A stretch of 64,000 bases of DNA, taken from NCBI GenBank assembly GCA_963737065.1, contig CAVTRC010000001.1:512001-576000 (forward strand), read 5' to 3'. Both the position numbers and the translations under genes were made by a program. This DNA is from Candidatus Eremiobacteria bacterium (lineage in GTDB: Bacteria; Vulcanimicrobiota; Vulcanimicrobiia; Vulcanimicrobiales; Vulcanimicrobiaceae). Numbering within the stretch: the first letter of the stretch is position 1; the number at the start of each line of letters is the position of its first letter. The notes below the pieces were generated by a model, which made no database searches, was not told where the DNA came from, and saw nothing but the letters and a program-made list of their open reading frames with translations. Positions 40,842 through 50,598 of the stretch are shown here, piece by piece.

Positions 40842-42975
40842 GAACAGCTTCTCCTCGTTGCTCGGATGCGCTCGGGACGACGTTGCCGTCAGCAAACGCA
40901 CCGCCGGATTCCGCAAGTTTTCTCAAGAGCGGCGCGGGCTCCCAACCGAACTCGCGCACGCGATCGTAGACGTGCTTTACGCCGACTTCATCGGCATACC
41001 ACATCGGCCCGCCGTGATGCGGCGGAAATCCATAGCCGTACACGTAGACGATGTCGATGTCGCCCGCCCGTAACGCAACGCCTTCCTCGAGCAGATACGC
41101 GCCACGATTGATCAACGCGAACGTCAAACGGTCCAGAATCTCTCGATCCGAGACGTCGCGCGGCTTGATGCCCGCCTTCGCCGCTTCCTCTCGGAACAGC
41201 GCCTCGATTTCCGGATCGGCAATCGGCTCGCGGCCTTTGCCGACGTTCTTATCGTACTTGAAGTAACCCGCCATCGTTTTCTGTCCGAGGCGCTTCATGT
41301 CGACGAGACGATCGATCACGTTCGTGCGGCCTTTGGCAATGTCGGGACGCGCTTTGGCGATATGCCATGCAACGTCGATACCGGAGAGATCGCCCATCGC
41401 AAACGGGCCCATGGGGAATCCGAACCGCTTTGCAACGGCATCGATGCGTGCAGGGGAAACGCCTTCTTCCGCAAGCTGCCCTGCGGCACGCGCATAGTCG
41501 AACACCATGCGATTGCCGATGAAACCAAAGGCGTTGGCGGAAAGAACCGCCGTCTTCTTCAGCGTCTTCCCGAGTTTGAACGCGGTCGCAATCGTTTGCG
41601 CCGACGTGTCTTTGCCGCGCACGATTTCTAAGAGCGGCATGATGTTTGCGGGAACGAAGAAGTGCAGGCCGACGATTTTACCGGGCCGCCTCGTGGCGCG
41701 CGCCATTTCGTCGATGTCGAGCGTCGAGGTGTTCGAGGCAAGAATCCCTTCCGGCTTGACGACCTCGTCGAGTTTCTTCAACACGTCTTTCTTGACGTCC
41801 ATGTCCTCGAACACCGCTTCGATGACGACGTCGGCATCAGCGAGTTCGTCGTAATCGTGCGCGAACTGAATCGACTGACCGAGCTTCCACGCTTCTTCTT
41901 GGCTCATGCGGCCCTTCTGGACTTGATACATGAACATCCCGAACACCGTCTGCTTTGCTTTGTCTACGGCTTCGTCGTTGGAGTCGATCACGGTGACCGG
42001 AATTCCGGCCTGCGCAAACGTGATCGCGATGCCGGTGCCCATCGTACCAGCGCCGACCACGCCGGCCTTCTTGATGTCGAGCGGTTCCGCGGCGGAAAGC
42101 TCCGGAATCTTCGAAAGTTCACGTTCCGCGAAGAACACGTGACGCAGCGCAAACGACGGCCGCGAACGCGCGAGTTCATCGAATAGACGCGCTTCGCGCG
42201 CGATACCGAATTCAAAGGGCAATTCGAACGCCGCTTCGACGGCGTCGATTACTTTGTGCGCGGCGAATCCACCGCGCTCTTCCGGCGGCACCATCTTGTG
42301 CGCTTGCGACACGACAAAAGGCTCGGCTTGCGGCGTGATTCCTTTGCCGAGTTCTACAGGGCGCTTCGAAATGCGGCGCTTTTCCGTCATTTTCTGCGCA
42401 ACGGCTACGGCGGCATCGAGAACAGCCTGCCCTGAGCCGGTCGAAGGGTCGACGACCTCGTCGACGATGCCCTTCGCTTGCGCCTCATCCATCTTGACGT
42501 TGCGCCCTTTGAGCATGATGTCGAGCGCGTCTTGCGCACCGATCAACCGCGGGAGACGCTGCGTACCACCGGCACCCGGAAGCAGTCCGAGCTTGATCTC
42601 GGGCAGACCGACGCGCGCGTGCTTGTCCGCCACGCGGTAGTCACATGCGAGCGACAGCTCCAGTCCACCGCCGAGCGCGTTTTTCTCGATCGCTGCGACG
42701 AAGATTTTATCGCTGCGTTCGACGGCCGCGATCACGTCGCGAATCGTGGGCGTGTCAGGCGTCGGTTCGATGGAGAAGTCGTTGATGTCCGCGCCGGCCG
42801 AGAAGATGCCGTTTGCGCCGGCAAAGACGACCGCTTTGACGGCCGCGTCTGCTGAGGCGGCTTCGACAATGGGTAAGAGTTCGCCCGAGAGTGCGAACGA
42901 GAGCGAGTTGACCGGCGGATTATCGAGCGTGATAATCCGAACTCCATCTCTGTCTTGCGTTCGAATGCAAGCCAT
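40834..42975 (-). CDS. Enoyl-CoA hydratase/3-hydroxyacyl-CoA dehydrogenase multifunctional enzyme (FadB/FadJ-like)
   Basis: [42 protein letters not shown]. Confidence 0.93.
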   Translation of the reverse strand: MACIRTQDRDGVRIITLDNPPVNSLSFALSGELLPIVEAASADAAVKAVVFAGANGIFSAGADINDFSIEPTPDTPTIRDVIAAVERSDKIFVAAIEKNALGGGLELSLACDYRVADKHARVGLPEIKLGLLPGAGGTQRLPRLIGAQDALDIMLKGRNVKMDEAQAKGIVDEVVDPSTGSGQAVLDAAVAVAQKMTEKRRISKRPVELGKGITPQAEPFVVSQAHKMVPPEERGGFAAHKVIDAVEAAFELPFEFGIAREARLFDELARSRPSFALRHVFFAERELSKIPELSAAEPLDIKKAGVVGAGTMGTGIAITFAQAGIPVTVIDSNDEAVDKAKQTVFGMFMYQVQKGRMSQEEAWKLGQSIQFAHDYDELADADVVIEAVFEDMDVKKDVLKKLDEVVKPEGILASNTSTLDIDEMARATRRPGKIVGLHFFVPANIMPLLEIVRGKDTSAQTIATAFKLGKTLKKTAVLSANAFGFIGNRMVFDYARAAGQLAEEGVSPARIDAVAKRFGFPMGPFAMGDLSGIDVAWHIAKARPDIAKGRTNVIDRLVDMKRLGQKTMAGYFKYDKNVGKGREPIADPEIEALFREEAAKAGIKPRDVSDREILDRLTFALINRGAYLLEEGVALRAGDIDIVYVYGYGFPPHHGGPMWYADEVGVKHVYDRVREFGWEPAPLLRKLAESGGAFADGNVVPSASEQRGEAVHA
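42422..42448. repeat. 27-bp intragenic repeat, copy 1 (encodes PSTGSGQAV)
   Basis: ACAGCCTGCCCTGAGCCGGTCGAAGGG, 23/27 identical to copy 2. Confidence 0.7.
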
Positions 42976-42980
42976 AACGG

Positions 42981-44816
42981 CTATGCCGTTACCGCGAGCT
43001 TGCGGTCGAGTTCGAATGCCTCTTCCGGAAGCGTCATCACGTCGCCCGCGCCGTCGATGATCTGCCGTTTGTACCACGCGCCTTGCGTCAGCACGTGCGA
43101 TGCGTAGAATTTCGCGGTCGTGATCTTCGCCGGGTAGAACGGATCGGCGTCGCCCGACGCAATCTTTTCCGCGGCGATTTTCGCGGCGCGCGCCATTTGC
43201 CAGCCGCCCGCGGTTACGCCCCAGAGTTTCAGATACGGAACGGAACACGCAAACGCTTTGCGCAGATCGCCCATCGCGTTCATGCCGATCCATTGCGAAA
43301 CTTCGGCAAGCGTCGCGATCGACTCGAGCAGCGCTTCACCGATCGCTTTCACAGCCTGTCCTGAGCTTGTCGAAGGATCGTGCGCCGCCGTTTCCTTCGC
43401 AAACGTTTCCATCTCTTTGATGAGCGCCGTCGCGGTCGCGCCCATGTCGCGAATCAGCTTGCGGCCGACGAGATCGAGCGCCTGAATACCGGTCGTCCCT
43501 TCGTAGATCGTCGTAATACGCACGTCGCGATACTGCTGCGCAATACCGGTCTCTTCCACGTAGCCCATACCGCCGAAAATTTGCAAGGCGTTTGAAGCGA
43601 GCTCAACGGCCGTTTCCGTGCACCAGCCTTTGACCACCGGAATCATCAGCTCGACGAACGCCTTGTGCCGCTTGCGCACCTTTTCGTCGGGGTGCTTATG
43701 CGAGAGATCGAGCGACGCGGCCGCGTAGTACGCAAGCGCACGCATTGCTTCGAGATTCGCCTTCTGCCACATCAGCATACGGCGCACGTCGGGATGCGCG
43801 ATGATGCGGACCGGCGTCTTGTCGCGCGTCGCCGCATCGGCCATCTGCACGCGCTCCTTCGCGTATTCCAGCGAGTGTTGATACGCACGGTCGGCGACGG
43901 CATAACCCTGGACGCCCACAGAGAATCGCGCGGCGTTCATCATGATGAACATGTACTCGAGGCCGCGATTCGGTTCGCCGACGAGATACCCGACCGCGCC
44001 GTTCCCCTTTTCGCCGAACTTCATCGTACACGTCGGATTCCCGTTGATGCCGAGCTTGTGTTCGATGCCGGCACAAATCACGTCGTTTGCCTCGGTGACC
44101 TTCCCGTTGTCGTCGACGAGCATCTTCGGAACGATGAAGAGCGAGATGCCTTTCACGCCTTCCGGCGCATCGGGAAGACGCGCAAGCACGAGGTGCACGA
44201 TGTTTTCCGCCATGTCGTGCTCTCCGAAGGTAATGAAAATCTTCTCGCCCGTAAGCAGATAGCGATCGCCGTCCGGAACCGCTTTCGTGCGCACTTGCGC
44301 GAGATCGGAACCGGCTTGAGGCTCCGTCAAATTCATGGTCCCCGTCCACTTCCCGGACACGAGATTAGGAATCCACTTGCTCTTCTGCTCGTCGCTTCCG
44401 ACGAGTTCGATCGCTTCGATTGCGCCCTGGTTGAGCAGCGGACCGTTCGCGAAGCCGATGTTGGCGGCATTCCACATTTCGAGCGTTGGACCGAGCAACA
44501 GTTGCGGCAATCCTTGACCGCCGTATTCGGGCGCAACCGGCAGACCGATCCAGCCCGCATCCGCGAACTTTTTATAGGCTTCTTTGAAGCCTTTCGGCGT
44601 CGTCACCTTACCGTCGGCGAACGTACAGCCTTCTTTGTCCGCAACACGATTGAGCGGATCCAAGACGCCGGTTGCAAATGCGCCCGCTTCGTTCAAAATC
44701 GATTCCCATACGTCCGCCGCGTCTTCAAATCCCGGCAGTTTCGCGACTTCATCGATGCCTGCAAGTTCTTTCAAAACGAACTGCATGTCGCGCAACGGCG
44801 CTTGGTACGTGCTCAT
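42981..44816 (-). CDS. Acyl-CoA dehydrogenase
   Basis: MNLTEPQAGSDL, EKIFITFG, IEHKLGI, IYEGTTGIQALDL. Confidence 0.95.
   Translation of the reverse strand: MSTYQAPLRDMQFVLKELAGIDEVAKLPGFEDAADVWESILNEAGAFATGVLDPLNRVADKEGCTFADGKVTTPKGFKEAYKKFADAGWIGLPVAPEYGGQGLPQLLLGPTLEMWNAANIGFANGPLLNQGAIEAIELVGSDEQKSKWIPNLVSGKWTGTMNLTEPQAGSDLAQVRTKAVPDGDRYLLTGEKIFITFGEHDMAENIVHLVLARLPDAPEGVKGISLFIVPKMLVDDNGKVTEANDVICAGIEHKLGINGNPTCTMKFGEKGNGAVGYLVGEPNRGLEYMFIMMNAARFSVGVQGYAVADRAYQHSLEYAKERVQMADAATRDKTPVRIIAHPDVRRMLMWQKANLEAMRALAYYAAASLDLSHKHPDEKVRKRHKAFVELMIPVVKGWCTETAVELASNALQIFGGMGYVEETGIAQQYRDVRITTIYEGTTGIQALDLVGRKLIRDMGATATALIKEMETFAKETAAHDPSTSSGQAVKAIGEALLESIATLAEVSQWIGMNAMGDLRKAFACSVPYLKLWGVTAGGWQMARAAKIAAEKIASGDADPFYPAKITTAKFYASHVLTQGAWYKRQIIDGAGDVMTLPEEAFELDRKLAVTA
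43351..43377. repeat. 27-bp intragenic repeat, copy 2 (encodes PSTSSGQAV)
   Basis: ACAGCCTGTCCTGAGCTTGTCGAAGGA. Confidence 0.7.
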
Positions 44817-45262
44817 GCTTGTGTAGTCTCCTCCGCAGTTCGCTGCGGCATGTACTTGACGTAGAGTTCATCCGTTCGAGCCGCTCGCGTCCGCGTCGGT
44901 GTCGCGGTAGTAGCGTCGCGAGCGGTCGTCCCGCTCGGCAGACGGAAGAGCGGCCCGGCAATGCAGTCGCTATGGCTGACGGGTCCCGGTGCTTTGACGC
45001 TGATCGATGACGACATTATTAAATCTAATAACGTGGCGACATTCAAGGCCGAGACGCTGAGAAGGGCGATGGAACGGTTTTTCACTAACTCTTCTCGCCC
45101 GTACGGTACCCTCGTCGCATGGCAACGCAGGTCATCGTCGCTTGACGGGACCTGCTATCGCGCTCACACGTGCTGCCATCCTATAGCTATGCTTCGCCCA
45201 TCACCGGAATCGACTTCGCTTTCGACAGGGCCGAGACCACGTGATAGAATCCCGAGGATACC

Positions 45263-45688
45263 ATGAACGCCGTTGAATTTGACGAGAGCAGGCTCTCGAA
45301 AAACCATCGACTCGTCTATGACATCGTCCAGGAGCAAGGAGTTGGACGCCACCTTCCCATGGCCGAATTGTATGAACTCGCACGGACGCGGCGGCCGGGT
45401 ATCGGTTTTACTACCGTATATCGCGCACTAACGCGTCTGCGCGACATGGGACTCGTCGCCGAGATCGCCCTTCCGGGCGCGGACAGCGCGTATTATGAAG
45501 CGGCGGCGCCGCCGCACGCGCATTTCCGTTGCGTGCAATGCGGAACGGTTTCGGACGTTCCGTTCTCTCTGCCGGCGGAAGTGTTCGCCGAAGCGGCACA
45601 GCGTCTCGGCGCGGAAATCACCGGCGGATCGGTCAGTCTCCAAGGCCGGTGCGCGCACTGCGGCAGCATAACGGCTTCTGCGAACTAA
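45263..45688 (+). CDS. Fur-family transcriptional regulator
   Basis: IGFTTVYRAL, HAHFRCVQCG, GRCAHC. Confidence 0.9.
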   Translation: MNAVEFDESRLSKNHRLVYDIVQEQGVGRHLPMAELYELARTRRPGIGFTTVYRALTRLRDMGLVAEIALPGADSAYYEAAAPPHAHFRCVQCGTVSDVPFSLPAEVFAEAAQRLGAEITGGSVSLQGRCAHCGSITASAN

Positions 45689-46368
45689 CCTCTCTTCAAT
45701 TTGTAGCCGACGCCGTAAACGGTGAGCACGTACTCAGGTTCTGCGGCGTTCGGCTCAATTTTTCTGCGCAGATTGTTGATGTGACGATCGAGCGTGCGTT
45801 CGAAAATCGAACCCTCGTCGTCGATCTTGTCTAGCAACTGGCTGCGCGTAAATACTTGCCCGGGATTTGCCGCGAGCGCGGTGAGGATGCGAAACTCGGC
45901 GGGCGTCAGCGACACCGGCATTCCGCTGATGCGGACTTCGTGCGCGCCCGGATCGATTTCGAGCGCACCGACGCGTATGTGATCTTCGTCGCCGTGCGTG
46001 CTCGGGGCGAAGGCAGTGCGCCGCAATACCGCGCGTACGCGGGCGACGACTTCGCGGGCGGAAAACGGCTTCGTGATGTAGTCGTCGGCCCCGAGTTCCA
46101 ACCCCACGATACGATCCACCTCTTCGGTGCGCGCGGTCAGCATGATGACCGGAACGCCAAGCTCGGCGAGCGACCGCAGTACGTCTAATCCGTTTCCGTC
46201 CGGAAGCGTGATGTCGAGAATCGCTAAGTCCGGCCGTTCGGATCGAATTTCGCTCAACGCGTCTTTTACCGTCAGTCGCACCAACGGTTCAAACCCCTCG
46301 CGTTGAAGATACGCGTGGAGCACCTCGCCGATATGCGGTTCGTCGTCGACGACTAGAACGCGCTTCAC
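45685..46368 (-). CDS. OmpR/PhoB-family response regulator (no adjacent kinase)
   Basis: VLVVDDE, ILDITLP, GADDYITKPF, ERTLDRHINNLRRKIE, TVYGVGYK. Confidence 0.93.
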   Translation of the reverse strand: MKRVLVVDDEPHIGEVLHAYLQREGFEPLVRLTVKDALSEIRSERPDLAILDITLPDGNGLDVLRSLAELGVPVIMLTARTEEVDRIVGLELGADDYITKPFSAREVVARVRAVLRRTAFAPSTHGDEDHIRVGALEIDPGAHEVRISGMPVSLTPAEFRILTALAANPGQVFTRSQLLDKIDDEGSIFERTLDRHINNLRRKIEPNAAEPEYVLTVYGVGYKLKRG

Positions 46369-46417
46369 GCGAAAACCTACGCCTTTGCGGGATAGCGCAC
46401 CTTCGCGTGAGTGCGCC

Positions 46418-46480
46418 TGTCGTGACGCAATGATATCGCGATGCACGGCTCCAATTCGTTCGCCACCGCTCTGATTCGTC
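46418..46480 (+). repeat. Left 63-bp direct repeat (att-like)
   Basis: 56/63 identical to 47912-47974. Contains an ATG giving MHGSNSFATALIR. Confidence 0.85.
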
Positions 46481-46495
46481 GGAAACCTGATATGT

Positions 46496-46974
46496 CTATC
46501 CGTTGGCTTTAGCAAGTCGACGCTCGAACTCGGCGAATTCCTGTAGACTTTCCTCGCGAGACGACCACGAGCGTAGGAGATCCAAATTGATGAACCTCAC
46601 GGTTGGCGGCCGCAACGGCGACGGCGGCGTTGAGCGCCGTGTAATCCCCCAATGGTAGAAATGGGCTAAGCGATCGCGCACGCAATCCGCCGGTGAAAGA
46701 ATACGCAGCGTCATGTCGCCCTTCTTCAGTGTTGCCGTCTCATGTATGTAATCGCCACCGACGGCGAGCGGGCCGCGTGGGAAGTCAATCGTATAACTTG
46801 TGTCCGGATGGACAAACATGCGCGATTTTCCATCACGTGTGAACCCAATGGAGCCGAGCGCGTTGGCAATTTCCGTAAGTGGCTCATCCCGTTCAAGAAT
46901 GAAGTCCGCATCGTGTGATGTATAGGCGACACAGCAAAGCAGATATCAGCGAGGCTACTTTGCCGCGAAATCAC
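46496..46974 (-). pseudogene. Nucleotidyltransferase-like protein, disrupted
   Basis: MISRQSSLADICFAVS start overlapping the upstream stop. AYTSHDADF (D-x-D) in another frame, continuing IDFPRGPL...LSPADCVRDRLAHFYHW. Apparent deletion and frameshift. Confidence 0.55.
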
Positions 46975-47339
46975 AGTGGCTTACCTCGCCTGCGTGGCCG
47001 CGTTCGACGCGACTCCTTGACGAGACGATATTGCTCGTAACCCTCCGCAAGCCTCAGTAGGAGCGCTCGCAGTTCTCGAAATGCGGGATATTGTGGGTTC
47101 AGGGACACGGTCCGTACCGCAAGTTGCCGCGTGGCTACTAGACCCTCGTTCTCCAGCTTGTCGAGCGTTTTCTGAATTGCCGGAATGGTGGAGCCAAGGT
47201 AGCGGCTTATCTCTGCTGGATAGGTTTGCTCCAGCACGGCGACAAGCATGAGGAGCGCAGTGCGCATTCGAGTGCCGAATAGCGGCGGAGCGGGCAACTC
47301 CCAGGCCTCCTCTTCGTAAAATGGTATATCGACCGGCAT
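46971..47339 (-). CDS. Winged-helix DNA-binding protein
   Basis: LFGTRMRTALL...YPAEISRYLGSTIPAIQKTLDKLENEGLV...LNPQYPAFRELRALL. Confidence 0.75.
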   Translation of the reverse strand: MPVDIPFYEEEAWELPAPPLFGTRMRTALLMLVAVLEQTYPAEISRYLGSTIPAIQKTLDKLENEGLVATRQLAVRTVSLNPQYPAFRELRALLLRLAEGYEQYRLVKESRRTRPRRRGKPL

Positions 47340-47514
47340 AATTGGTATTCCTTTTGGAATACCCTACTATACCACGCGATATACTACAATCTCGCCCTTG
47401 TTCACGAGTCAGCGTAGGGCGTTACCGCGCTCCTCGCAGCGAAACCAATCGCCGAAGAACCTGCACGACTTGGTCCCTACTTGTGATTTGGAGCAGTCGC
47501 AGCAGGCACGCTTT

Positions 47515-47860
47515 TCACGCGCGACGGTAACACGCCGGCGGCGCGGAAGCTTGGGGTGTATCGGTAGCCTTCTTCACGGTGGATGCGTGACCACGCGCTT
47601 CCTGTTCACGAGCCAGCCGATCGCGGCGAAGCAGCACATAGATACGGCGCTGGCCATAGCGAATCGGCGTTGCAGCGATTTCTCGAATACGTGCGCAGAG
47701 AGCGGCATCAATATCACGCTTGACCAACGCATAGCGAGCCACACGATATTTGACGCACAGCACGTTGCATGCGACGCACCACCTTTTGATCACGTCCTGC
47801 AAGACGGTACGATCGAGCGAAAGATCGGCGACGACTTGCAATCGCAAGTAGCAATCGTCT
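47515..47860 (-). pseudogene. IS3-family transposase fragment
   Basis: OrfA-end-like VVADLSLDRTVLQDVI and OrfB-like RIREIAATPIRYGQRRIYVLLRRD. No DDE core or terminal repeats seen. Confidence 0.75.
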
Positions 47861-47911
47861 TCTCGGATGAGTAACTAACGCGCCCCTGACAGCGCCGAAA
47901 CAGGCTCGCAA

Positions 47912-47974
47912 TGTCGTGACGCAATGATGTTGCGATGCACGACTGCATTTCGCTCGCCACCGCTCTAATTCGTC
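47912..47974 (+). repeat. Right 63-bp direct repeat (att-like), overlapping the peptidase start
   Basis: TGTCGTGACGCAATGATGTTGCGATGCACGACTGCATTTCGCTCGCCACCGCTCTAATTCGTC. Confidence 0.85.
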
Positions 47975-48522
47975 AGGACCGCCCTTTCAGCGTCGCGGCG
48001 ATCGTTCAAACGTTGCAACGGTATGGCAGCGACGCGTTGCAGTTCGCACTCGACCGGGACATTACCGTCGCACCGCTTCGACGCGCCGAACGTTATGCTT
48101 CGGCGTCGGCGGCATTAGCACGGCTCGGCATCGACGTCGACTCGTGGCCGGCGCCCCCGGCCGGGCTCTTTGTCGTCGAAGAACGCACCGTCTATCTGCG
48201 ATCTCGGAGTCCGATGACGATTGCGCATGAGTTTGGTCACGCGCTCGACTGTGCGTTAGGCGGCGGCGTCTATCACTCCGGGATCGATCGGCAAGTAAGG
48301 TCGTTGTTCGCGAATGCGACCACGTTCATTACGCCGTATGCCGCGACTGGAATCGACGAGTATTTTGCCGAAGCGCTGCGTGCGTTTATAGAAGTGAATG
48401 ACGTTACGTCGCACTGGCCGCGCGCCACGAAAGCACGGCTGCGCAAAGTCGATCCGATGCTCTATGCCTATGTCGAAAGACTCTTCACCGTAGCATTCCG
48501 CGCGGGCATAGCGCTCGCGTAG
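47935..48522 (+). CDS. Zinc metallopeptidase, anthrax-LF/MtfA-like fold
   Basis: HEFGHALD, ITPYAAT..DEYFAE, LRKVDP.LY.Y. Confidence 0.8.
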   Translation: MHDCISLATALIRQDRPFSVAAIVQTLQRYGSDALQFALDRDITVAPLRRAERYASASAALARLGIDVDSWPAPPAGLFVVEERTVYLRSRSPMTIAHEFGHALDCALGGGVYHSGIDRQVRSLFANATTFITPYAATGIDEYFAEALRAFIEVNDVTSHWPRATKARLRKVDPMLYAYVERLFTVAFRAGIALA

Positions 48523-48742
48523 CACGTGGGCACGACGAATACGGTGACGACGATGCATCGTACGTCCGCAAGCACGCCGGATTCTTTTGATTCCACGTAA
48601 CCGCGGATGCGCTTCGCGCGTTTATCTCGATCAGTTTCGTTTCGCGGCATGAGACTATGGCGCGGTAACGAATGTCATCGGGCGCGCAACGAGCGCAGCG
48701 TTGACGCCTCGGTTTTCCACTTCGCTGAATCGGAGGATTACA

Positions 48743-49258
48743 ATGCGGGTTTTATCGTCCATTACCGGTGCACTTTTGGTAGCGGCTCTGCCGGTAATTG
48801 CATTTGCCGCAACGGTAAACGTTGCCGTGGGTACGCAGGTCCAGGTCCGTCTCGTGCGCCAGTTATCGTCGGGAACTGCCGTTGCCGGCCAAAAGTTCGC
48901 ATTCGAGGCGGCGGCACCGGTTGCTATCGGCGGCCACGTGGTGATCTCAAAGGGTGCGCTTGGGTCGGGGCATGTTGTCAAAGCGAGTAAAGCGCAAGGA
49001 AAAAGCGCCGGAGAGATGACGCTCGCGTTTGACACGATTCACGCTGTCGACGGCTCCATGATTTCACTGACGGAAGACAGCAGTGTCCGCGGCAACGCCG
49101 AAAAGGGCAAGGCCTCGACCGCAACGATCGCCGCGACGGTTGCTCTCGGTCCCATTGGACTCTTGGCGCATAACATGGTCAAGGGAAAAGACGTCACCAT
49201 CACGCCTGATAAAACATTCCCCGCTTGGGTCAAGCGTTCGGCATCAGTAAACACATAG
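48743..49258 (+). CDS. Secreted hypothetical protein
   Basis: GGAGG RBS, signal peptide, VGTQVQVRL..LSS..A..GQ.F beta-rich motif. Confidence 0.75.
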   Translation: MRVLSSITGALLVAALPVIAFAATVNVAVGTQVQVRLVRQLSSGTAVAGQKFAFEAAAPVAIGGHVVISKGALGSGHVVKASKAQGKSAGEMTLAFDTIHAVDGSMISLTEDSSVRGNAEKGKASTATIAATVALGPIGLLAHNMVKGKDVTITPDKTFPAWVKRSASVNT

Positions 49259-49292
49259 GCAACCAACGCGGCAGCGTCGTGTATACGAAGCA

Positions 49293-49326
49293 AGGGCCTC
49301 GCGTTCGCGAGGCCCTCTGCGTTTTT
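49293..49326 (+). terminator. Intrinsic terminator
   Basis: AGGGCCTCGCG-TT-CGCGAGGCCCT followed by CTGCGTTTTT. Confidence 0.7.
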
Positions 49327-49554
49327 AAGGGCGTGCGCCGGCGACTCTCACATAGAAGGAGTAGCGCCGCAGCCTCGTCGCCCGCGGCACGCTCGTTTCG
49401 TTAAGCGACCCCAGGTTAGGGCTATCCGCTATTCCGCTATCGCGTCAGGAAGTAGAGGCGATCGATGATCGCGTCCGCGGCCGAGTCTACGTTTACGGCG
49501 TTGTACTCGCTCGCGCGTGACGCGTCCGGTCCGCAACGGAACGCCAGCAACATG

Positions 49555-49737
49555 TCACCTGACGGTATGCTCTTGGGTCAGCGTAGCTTCCGCGCTATTG
49601 AGCCGCCAGACGTTTCCTACCCGGCTCACGCCGGGAACGTGTCGCTCGCCGGCGCGAACGGCGACCCGCTGCGCCAGCTTCTCGAGGAAATCGTTGAAGA
49701 GTGCGCGGCGATTTTGATTAAGCGTTTGAGTTTCCAT
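49555..49737 (-). CDS. Small hypothetical protein, possibly continuing by frameshift to ~49437
   Basis: GAGG RBS before METQTLNQNRRALFNDFLEKLAQ. A second frame continues SGDMLLAFRCG...AIIDRLYFLTR. Confidence 0.4.
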   Translation of the reverse strand: METQTLNQNRRALFNDFLEKLAQRVAVRAGERHVPGVSRVGNVWRLNSAEATLTQEHTVR

Positions 49738-50195
49738 TTATTGACCCTCATCACTAACGAACGCTTACATCGTAGCACTGCAGTCGGCCATAGCATTACT
49801 GCGGCTATCCCAAATCTGACAGCAGAGAACCCGGCCTCCTACGCGTGCTCCAGCGTCCAACCCTCGGTTGCGTGGTTCACCGTCATAGCCGGGGAAATAC
49901 GCCGGATTTCGCGCGACGCAAACATCCGCGCACGCGCCGCTTCCGTCATCGTCGAGTCCGTAAGTACCCACTCGAGCCTGCCATGGCCGGCGAGTGAGGC
50001 GCCGCTCGGCGTGCGCGCCTGTCTAGCGCCGCCTGTGCGGGCGACCAAGCTTCGCAACAAGTTCGGCGAGTTTCATACGTTCGACCTCGCGCCGCTGATT
50101 ACGCCAGTCACAGAACGATGAAGATCGACTGCTGTGCGCGGGAAATCGCTTCGCGCTTCGATGCATCGGCACGAATGCGGGGTCTAAAAGATAGA

Positions 50196-50229
50196 AGGCC
50201 GGCCTGCGTACTGGAGCGCAGGCCGGCCT
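50196..50229 (-). terminator. Intrinsic terminator of the HiPIP gene
   Basis: AGGCCGGCCTGCG/CGCAGGCCGGCCT stem with a T-rich tail on the minus strand. Confidence 0.7.
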
Positions 50230-50250
50230 GATGAGGATAAATGCGTGTCG

Positions 50251-50514
50251 TTACTTCTTCGTCCAGGAGATGCACCAGCCGTTCGGGCTGATTTTGCCGG
50301 TTACAATCGAGCATGCTGATGGGGGTTTAAAAAAGCGGCACTGGGCACACTTTTCGCCGTTCTTACCGGGCTTCTCCTGATATTTGAACTGCTTCTTGTT
50401 GTCCGCCGCAAGAGCCGGCAACGCACCGCCTGCGAGCGCCGCAGCGAGTGCGGGAAGCAGAACGATCTGTTTGAGCGCATCCGCGCGAGTACGATTTCGC
50501 GAATCGTCGTCCAT
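50251..50514 (-). CDS. Second HiPIP
   Basis: GGAGG RBS before MDDDSRNRTRADAL. YQEKP...CAQC...C...ISPNGWC. Confidence 0.9.
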   Translation of the reverse strand: MDDDSRNRTRADALKQIVLLPALAAALAGGALPALAADNKKQFKYQEKPGKNGEKCAQCRFFKPPSACSIVTGKISPNGWCISWTKK

Positions 50515-50598
50515 TCGTAGACCTCCGTACCGATACGGTGCGCCGTGTGAAAGCCGTTTTCCCGCAGGCGCTACTGCTACGTCGTTGTAACACCACGC

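Larger units (their letters stand above)
46418..47974. mobile_element. Decayed integrative island remnant
   Basis: Flanking direct repeats. Cargo of an HTH gene, a broken nucleotidyltransferase-like gene and an IS3 fragment. No integrase remains. Confidence 0.7.

Noticed and set aside
7183..44864. Long antisense ORFs such as 7183-8232, 28329-29435 and 43665-44864
   Set aside because: Expected shadows of GC-rich genes on the opposite strand.
49465..50121. 218-aa plus-strand ORF
   Set aside because: No recognisable motif and atypical composition. It overlaps a better-supported small minus-strand ORF.
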